Shown: positions 58,414 to 64,000 of the stretch, one piece after another
How positions within the stretch are numbered: the stretch's first letter is position 1
Layout of the letters: the number at the start of each line of letters is the position of its first letter
Origin: Poseidonia sp.
GTDB lineage: Archaea > Thermoplasmatota > Poseidoniia > Poseidoniales > Poseidoniaceae
Direction: 5' to 3'
Length of the DNA stretch: 64,000 nucleotides
NCBI GenBank assembly: GCA_030827365.1
Contig: JAUREO010000002.1
Location: forward strand, 10,928 to 74,927
Translations under genes and position numbers: made by a program
The notes under the pieces: model-generated
Seen by the model: the letters and a program-made list of their open reading frames with translations, nothing else
The model's database searches: none
What the model was told of the DNA's origin: nothing

Positions 58414-61400
58414 TTAGATTGAGAAATCTGAGCCTTCGCCTTCTTGTTCACCAGCAAATCGCACGGAACCATCAGCTGCAACGAATTCGCCTGCTTTGGT
58501 TTGCTTTTCATACAATCCAATGCCATCGAATCGTTTGATTTGTCCTTCTTCACCAAGCGATCGGGTCAACGAAGTGGTGATGGTTGAAAGTGTTTCAACC
58601 GCTCTATCTCGATGGCTTGCATCGATGGTATGTTCGGAATATCGTGCTTCTTCGAAGATGGATAGGAAGGCATCCATTTGGTCTCCTGGCACCATGCCGA
58701 ATGCGGAGCGAACTGCAGCCTCGAATTCACGAGCAGTTTCGTACACCTTCTTCATGAAGCCATATTTCTTGAAGTGCTTGACAAGGTTCTTGTAGCAATC
58801 GAAAATGACAGCAATGTATTCGTTGCTGGCACGCAATTCAATGATTGCATCGGTAAGGATACCGTGAAGCGCCTGTACTTGACGACGTTCTTGAACTCGT
58901 TGATAGTACATCAATCCTGCAATCAACAAAGCCATGAGGATGATTGACATTGCAAGTAAATTACCCGGGCTAAAGAAATTGCTTTGTGCCGATACACTAT
59001 CTGCTTCTCTCCAATGAATTTCATGGGTGATGTTATCTTGAGATGGGGCGAAATAGGTTGAACCTGGATAATACGCAGTGATTCTCCAAAGTCCAATACA
59101 CTCTTCTCCGTCGCAGGTTTGTCCCGTAAACATCCAAGTGAAATCAGCAAGCCCTTGCTCATTGGTTCTCGACTTGTTGTTTGTGTTCGAAAGAATCCAT
59201 TGGTTGGTTGCGGAGTCGAAATATTCGTAGGCAAAGATGATTTCTTCATTTTCAACTGCGAGGTCAATTCGGTCTCGCAGTAACGCGACTTCACCAAAGA
59301 CTGGTGTACCTTCATCAATACCATTTGCTCCTGCATTACTCCATGTAGTCTTGACTTGGAGGTCAACTCTTGAACGAACGAGCACAGTAAGTTCCATCGC
59401 TGAACCATTGAGGGAATTTGAACTGTCTTTATCACAACCACCGGGAACGTTCACATCCGGCTCAAACGCTACACGTAGAGTTCTGAAACCTTCCAGTTTA
59501 CCACCAGTGGTTTCAACACCACGAAGTGTTGGGTTTTGGGATGGGTCCCCACTAAACCAAGTAATAGTTCCATCGAGGTCACTTGTTCGAATGGTAGCAA
59601 TTGGTCGAATATTTTCAAGTGGGTCGAGGTAAATATTGAGACACTTTCCTCCCACTGCTTGACCGTTGGTTTGAGCAAGGAATGCTTCCACGTGGAAAGA
59701 TTCTTTGAGGTAAAGCACTGGGTATCTTGAGCCATTTTCTGCGACATACTCATCGACACTTGACTTGAATGGTCCTACTTCTGTGATTTGAAGGGTTGAG
59801 TTTGAGAACACATCAAATTCGGTTTGAACTGTCTTGTTCTCGTACCTGTACGCATCGTTATTGTCGTATGAGGAATACACGACGGTTACCTTTGCCTTTC
59901 CAGCCATGACGTCTGAAAGTGGACAAAAGATTGAGAAGTACCCGTTCGGGTCAGTCATACCTGATTGACAGGCAACTGGGCCTGATTGACTGTTGATCAT
60001 CTCGTAATTTACACGAATCATTCTGTTGGTCAAGTTTGTTCCCAATTCATCTCGGAGTTGTCCCGTCACAATCATTGGCTTTGGCACAACTTCGCCAGTC
60101 ATTGGGTCGACTTCGCTCGTGTAGACGATTTGGTCGTCAACCGTCATGAGCGTTCGGCCAATGAGTGAAAATCCGTTTGCGTTGTGTGTCATCGTCAATC
60201 GGAAATGGTCGTTCCCAGGGATGCTCGTACATGGATCCCATGCACCTTGGATACCAAGGTAAGAGACATCGAGTTCTCGACATCCTTCGTTTGGAAGAGT
60301 TTCTTGGAACCTCAAAATCACATTCACAGGACCAAAGCCATCAGGAAGGAATGATTCGGGGTCGTCGCGTAGCAATTGTGGGTTGAGTGGGCTGATATTT
60401 GCCTTCATACAACCGATGGTTTCCTGAGGGTCAAGCACATTGTTACCGTTGGTATCTCGATCGGGAACTCCATCGCCATTTCCGTCATAATAACATAGGT
60501 GCGAGTTATCTGCTTGAGGTTCAGGTAGGGAAATCAATCCGGCAGCTGGTGCAAGTGTTGCAACAACTTGTCGGTGAGAGACACCATCGAAATCCTTGCC
60601 CTCGAAGATGACATCGACAAGGCCACCGTTTGGAGGTGATGAACCAGTGAGTGCTGAACCTCCAGAATCGCGTTCTATGGTCTTATTATCATCCGTGACC
60701 TGGGCAGTGAAATCCCATTTATCACCTGAACGTCGTAAATTCGGGTCGGAAGAAATCACTTGCATATAGGTTCTTGAAACAACCCAAACCGATTGAGTAG
60801 CGGCATTTCCTTTGAGCAGACTTGTTCCTGCATATTCAAATTGTAGCGTAAAGTTACCCAATTGGTCATTTGCCTTGACTTGGAAAGGAATTTCAAAGAA
60901 TCCGTTATCATCAGTGTAGTTCACACCGCTTCTACCGTCAAATGACCATGTCCAATTGATTGGGGCACTGCGTACTGGTTGAAGTGAGTTATCGACGAGT
61001 TTTGCTTGGATGCTCGTGTTAGTGTTTCGATACAATCGGGGCAACGAAGTGGTCAAGAAACTGGTTGTTCCAACCACGGTCACGTTGATGTACGCACCTG
61101 TTGGTGCAAGTGTTGAAGAGTTTCCAGTGAAATAGTATGCCGAATTCGTAAAGTCAACACGCATTCCATAGGTTCCTGCAGAGTATTGGCTGTACCAAGA
61201 CCAGTTGTAATCGTAGCGTGCTTCACCATTGACCATCTTTGGCGTTTGAGTGTATGCTGTTTCTCCAGCACCAAGGAACTGTCCGTTCTTGTCAGTATCA
61301 ACCTGCAATGCAATCGGGTCTTTGACCCAAGGTTGGTTGGTTCTGTTTGAAACTGAACCTATCACTTGAAGCGATTCGCCAGTGTTCATCTCAGGAACAA

Positions 61401-64000
61401 TTTCACATCGAACAACGCTGTTTGGATCTGTTCGGTCAACCGGTCCACAAGGTGGCAGACTGCTGTCGCCACCGTTCACCAAATGGATGAACCAGTGGGT
61501 CGAGTTCGATTGGTCAAGGAACGGTGCTAATTTTGCAGCCTCTCCTGTCAAACTTGCTATGTTACCATCCCATTGTGTTGGATAGGGTTTGTAAGCTGAT
61601 ACAGTAGCATAATCAATGCCATGTGCAGCAAGACCAGGTCCGTGGAACAATGTTGCCCAATCACCAAATGTTCCATCCCCATTGTTGATGGTCTTGTCGT
61701 AATAATACACTGGGCTCTTTCCATCGACAATCATTTGCCCATAGATGTTCATTCTGTGCATGACTCTGATGGAGAATGGTTCGGAAGCATCTCCGTACAG
61801 CCATGGGAATGGGTATTCGTAGGCGAGTTCTGGGGAAACCCTTGCAACAACCTCAATGTCACCTGCTGGCAAACTTGTGTTGGTGTAATTGTACACGAGT
61901 GTGTTCCCACTTGAATCCGTCACGACATTGTGCTTCTTGGTGGTGTTTTCCCATGCAATTTCTTCGTATGCACCAGGCAATTCACCTGCTCCATTGTCGT
62001 AGGTTGAATTCCAACGAACCTGCTTCCAAACACCGTTGACTCCAAAATCTTGTACGAATGTAAGTGATGCCCAACCCGAGGCATCTGTTCGATAACCATT
62101 GTTTCCAAGTCCTGTAAAGTTGGTTGGTTGAGTAATGTTTCCAAACAAACCACCAAAAATCGAGAATGTAATTGGCGCATGGACGATTCGGTTATCATAG
62201 ATACCTCGCTCCCAATCTGCTTCGTAGTGAGCCTTGAAGTCAAGCCAAAATGGTTGTTCATCGCTTCTAAAGTAAGTCCAAGCAGAATAATCAACAGTGA
62301 GATTTGCTTCAGCACCAACATAGTATGAAATCGATTCATTTCCATTGAAGGCGAACATTTCAGTCACTACAGCGTAGACTCTGTAGGTTGAGTTATCGCC
62401 GACCGTCAAATCTTCAGGGTAGAGGAATTGCCCAACCGAGAAGTTACCTTGATTGTTGGTCAACACATCTACGGTTTCTTTAGCAACCGTTCCATTGTTT
62501 GCCCATTCAATGATGACTTGAACTGGAAGTTCAGGAGCAGCTTCTAATTGAAGAGAAATAGGATTAATCCAATCGACATGGCCAGAAAAAATCGCTGGTT
62601 GTCGAGCATCCAACCACAGCGTGCTTGGAGCATTGAGTGAGATGTATGTCGGTGCCTTGTCGTCTTCATCGAGGATACAATCGTTGTCGGTGTCCCAATC
62701 GGAAGATTGAGCAGGCGTATAACAAGGAGACGATGTTTCACCTTCTTCCAAATGGTCATAGTCTCCATCCCACAATGTATCATTGTCATCATCATTGTCG
62801 ACTGCATCGGGTCCTGTTGAGTTACCTGATGGGTTGGCGAGTGCTTCTCCATCACCAAAGTCATCGTGGTCCCATGGATTCGTTGAATTTCGAGCAAACC
62901 TCGTTGGCCACAGAATAACTTCGTCCTTGTCGTGCATTCCATCTTGATCGTCGTCGACGTCAATGTCATCTCTCAATCCATCGTTGTCGTGGTCAAACGG
63001 CGCGACTTTGCTCACAAGCAGTTCTGCAGCATTTGTAAGTCCGTCACCATCCCAGTCATCGTCTTTCCAATTTACGATGCCATCGTTATCGTTGTCCCAT
63101 GTGTGCTGCTCTTCGCCCCAGAAACATCCTGCTTGAAGTTCTTGGTCCGCATCCATGACACCATTGTTATCATCATCGGGGTCTTCACCATCTGGAATAC
63201 CATCGTTGTCGTTGTCAACGTCATAGAGTGTTATCGCTCCGAGACCTTGACGCATCAATCCACGGTCCCAAACCGCTTGGAAGAATCCATCGTCATCAGC
63301 ATCAGCGTCGTTACCATCATCGTCATTATCAACACAATTGGTTCCAGAGAAGAAGTTGCCATTGTTTTGATTTGTGTCGTCATCGTAATCGTTGTTTGAA
63401 TCGACTTCGAAATAGTCCCAAATTCCATCATTATCGTCATCAACGTCATACCAATCATAGATAGAATCGTAATCATCATCAACATCGATTGTTTTGTTGG
63501 TGAAATCACCATCCACGTCTCCATCAACATCGTTCTTTAGAAGGTCGGCACCTAATTCGTCAGGGAAATCTGCATATTCTGCGGGACCATTGTCCGAATT
63601 CCACTGCCAAATTCCAGTTAACAATCCAATCCAAGTCACGAAAGCGTCTCTGTTGTCGAGCATTTGAGTATATGATAATGCTGAGTCGATGTTTCCATCT
63701 CCACCAAAGTCGTAGTGGTAACAACCTATTCCATTGACTGGAGCGCAACTCCAATTACCTGATGGGCCACCAGCGGTTGCACCTTCGTTCCAATTTGCAT
63801 CGGGTCGGGTGGAATATGGTGAGCCGAATTGTGCGTTGACGCCGTTTAGTGGCATTTTGTAAGCGATAGCATATGCATAACCACACACGAATCCTTGTGC
63901 AAGGTTTCCTGCGGTAAATCCACAAGTTGAGAGATTGTATGTGCCTCCCATTTTGATGTCGTTCACGTCAAGAACTCCATCGTTTGATTCGTCTTGGTCC
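58414..64000 (-). CDS. giant surface protein with TSP3-like Asp-rich calcium-binding repeats, C-terminal TM anchor and about 170-aa cytoplasmic domain; N-terminus lies beyond window end
   Basis: At least 15 DxDxDGxxDxxD-type repeats (DVDNDNDGIPDGEDPDDD, WDNDNDGIVNWKDDDWDGDGLTN, DHDNDGLRDDIDVDDDQDGMHD). Long Asn/Thr-rich beta region with many NxT sequons. TM LLAMSIILMALLIAGLMYY. The ORF is still open at 64000; the M at 63966 in the track is a GTG. Confidence 0.65.
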   Translation of the reverse strand, partial: DQDESNDGVLDVNDIKMGGTYNLSTCGFTAGNLAQGFVCGYAYAIAYKMPLNGVNAQFGSPYSTRPDANWNEGATAGGPSGNWSCAPVNGIGCYHYDFGGDGNIDSALSYTQMLDNRDAFVTWIGLLTGIWQWNSDNGPAEYADFPDELGADLLKNDVDGDVDGDFTNKTIDVDDDYDSIYDWYDVDDDNDGIWDYFEVDSNNDYDDDTNQNNGNFFSGTNCVDNDDDGNDADADDDGFFQAVWDRGLMRQGLGAITLYDVDNDNDGIPDGEDPDDDNNGVMDADQELQAGCFWGEEQHTWDNDNDGIVNWKDDDWDGDGLTNAAELLVSKVAPFDHDNDGLRDDIDVDDDQDGMHDKDEVILWPTRFARNSTNPWDHDDFGDGEALANPSGNSTGPDAVDNDDDNDTLWDGDYDHLEEGETSSPCYTPAQSSDWDTDNDCILDEDDKAPTYISLNAPSTLWLDARQPAIFSGHVDWINPISLQLEAAPELPVQVIIEWANNGTVAKETVDVLTNNQGNFSVGQFLYPEDLTVGDNSTYRVYAVVTEMFAFNGNESISYYVGAEANLTVDYSAWTYFRSDEQPFWLDFKAHYEADWERGIYDNRIVHAPITFSIFGGLFGNITQPTNFTGLGNNGYRTDASGWASLTFVQDFGVNGVWKQVRWNSTYDNGAGELPGAYEEIAWENTTKKHNVVTDSSGNTLVYNYTNTSLPAGDIEVVARVSPELAYEYPFPWLYGDASEPFSIRVMHRMNIYGQMIVDGKSPVYYYDKTINNGDGTFGDWATLFHGPGLAAHGIDYATVSAYKPYPTQWDGNIASLTGEAAKLAPFLDQSNSTHWFIHLVNGGDSSLPPCGPVDRTDPNSVVRCEIVPEMNTGESLQVIGSVSNRTNQPWVKDPIALQVDTDKNGQFLGAGETAYTQTPKMVNGEARYDYNWSWYSQYSAGTYGMRVDFTNSAYYFTGNSSTLAPTGAYINVTVVGTTSFLTTSLPRLYRNTNTSIQAKLVDNSLQPVRSAPINWTWSFDGRSGVNYTDDNGFFEIPFQVKANDQLGNFTLQFEYAGTSLLKGNAATQSVWVVSRTYMQVISSDPNLRRSGDKWDFTAQVTDDNKTIERDSGGSALTGSSPPNGGLVDVIFEGKDFDGVSHRQVVATLAPAAGLISLPEPQADNSHLCYYDGNGDGVPDRDTNGNNVLDPQETIGCMKANISPLNPQLLRDDPESFLPDGFGPVNVILRFQETLPNEGCRELDVSYLGIQGAWDPCTSIPGNDHFRLTMTHNANGFSLIGRTLMTVDDQIVYTSEVDPMTGEVVPKPMIVTGQLRDELGTNLTNRMIRVNYEMINSQSGPVACQSGMTDPNGYFSIFCPLSDVMAGKAKVTVVYSSYDNNDAYRYENKTVQTEFDVFSNSTLQITEVGPFKSSVDEYVAENGSRYPVLYLKESFHVEAFLAQTNGQAVGGKCLNIYLDPLENIRPIATIRTSDLDGTITWFSGDPSQNPTLRGVETTGGKLEGFRTLRVAFEPDVNVPGGCDKDSSNSLNGSAMELTVLVRSRVDLQVKTTWSNAGANGIDEGTPVFGEVALLRDRIDLAVENEEIIFAYEYFDSATNQWILSNTNNKSRTNEQGLADFTWMFTGQTCDGEECIGLWRITAYYPGSTYFAPSQDNITHEIHWREADSVSAQSNFFSPGNLLAMSIILMALLIAGLMYYQRVQERRQVQALHGILTDAIIELRASNEYIAVIFDCYKNLVKHFKKYGFMKKVYETAREFEAAVRSAFGMVPGDQMDAFLSIFEEARYSEHTIDASHRDRAVETLSTITTSLTRSLGEEGQIKRFDGIGLYEKQTKAGEFVAADGSVRFAGEQEGEGSDFSI

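Noticed and set aside
62932-63530. His/Arg/Ile-rich plus-strand ORFs (62932..63399, 63228..63464) and a Met/Thr-rich minus ORF (63255..63530)
   Set aside because: These are antisense or off-frame readings of the Asp-rich TSP3 repeat DNA (GAT/GAC tracts give ATC/GTC codons). They are low complexity, not real genes.
1-64000. CRISPR arrays, IS elements, integrases, prophage genes, rRNA
   Set aside because: I scanned the intergenic regions (12591..12862, 25884..26057, 34615..34748, 36691..36788, 40524..40588, 43019..43103). None contains regularly spaced direct repeats. No transposase, integrase or rRNA-like sequence was seen.

Overview
The window reads as an archaeal chromosomal segment. Gene content and the giant adhesin-like surface proteins suggest a Thermoplasmatota / Marine Group II-like euryarchaeon, but that is inference only. 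Genes are dense and most lie on the minus strand.

Archaeal core genes found: MCM helicase, GatE, two tandem Pth2 peptidyl-tRNA hydrolases, Trm1, a TFIIB-type zinc-ribbon protein, two PAC2 proteasome-assembly-chaperone paralogs, an rpl18e-rpl13-rps9-rpoN cluster, and two tRNAs (Arg-GCG and Pro-GGG, both called by hand).

Bacterial-type DNA-repair genes sit among them:
- A three-ORF AddAB/RecB-family helicase-nuclease operon (~12.6 kb). Both subunits end in Cas4-like Fe-S PD-(D/E)xK nuclease domains. The UvrD-helicase subunit is split by a frameshift near 7.98-8.02 kb.
- An NAD-dependent DNA ligase (LigA).
- A DnaQ-like DEDDh exonuclease convergent with a standalone Cas4/Exo5-like Fe-S nuclease.

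Four very large secreted, membrane-anchored surface proteins occupy about a quarter of the window. Their domains are FG-GAP repeats, a parallel beta-helix, TSP3-like calcium-binding repeats, and tandem Ig/cadherin-like repeats.

A 794-aa orphan protein has an N-terminal Cys4 zinc ribbon and an 'HGHHR' motif reminiscent of ParB/sulfiredoxin-fold nucleases. It has no family I can assign.

Other genes: Psd, Pip, LtaE, PurM, a beta-class carbonic anhydrase, a thioesterase, a HAD phosphatase, esterases and several hypothetical proteins.

No CRISPR array, transposase, integrase or rRNA was seen. Start codons are approximate because the ORF track extends to non-ATG starts.
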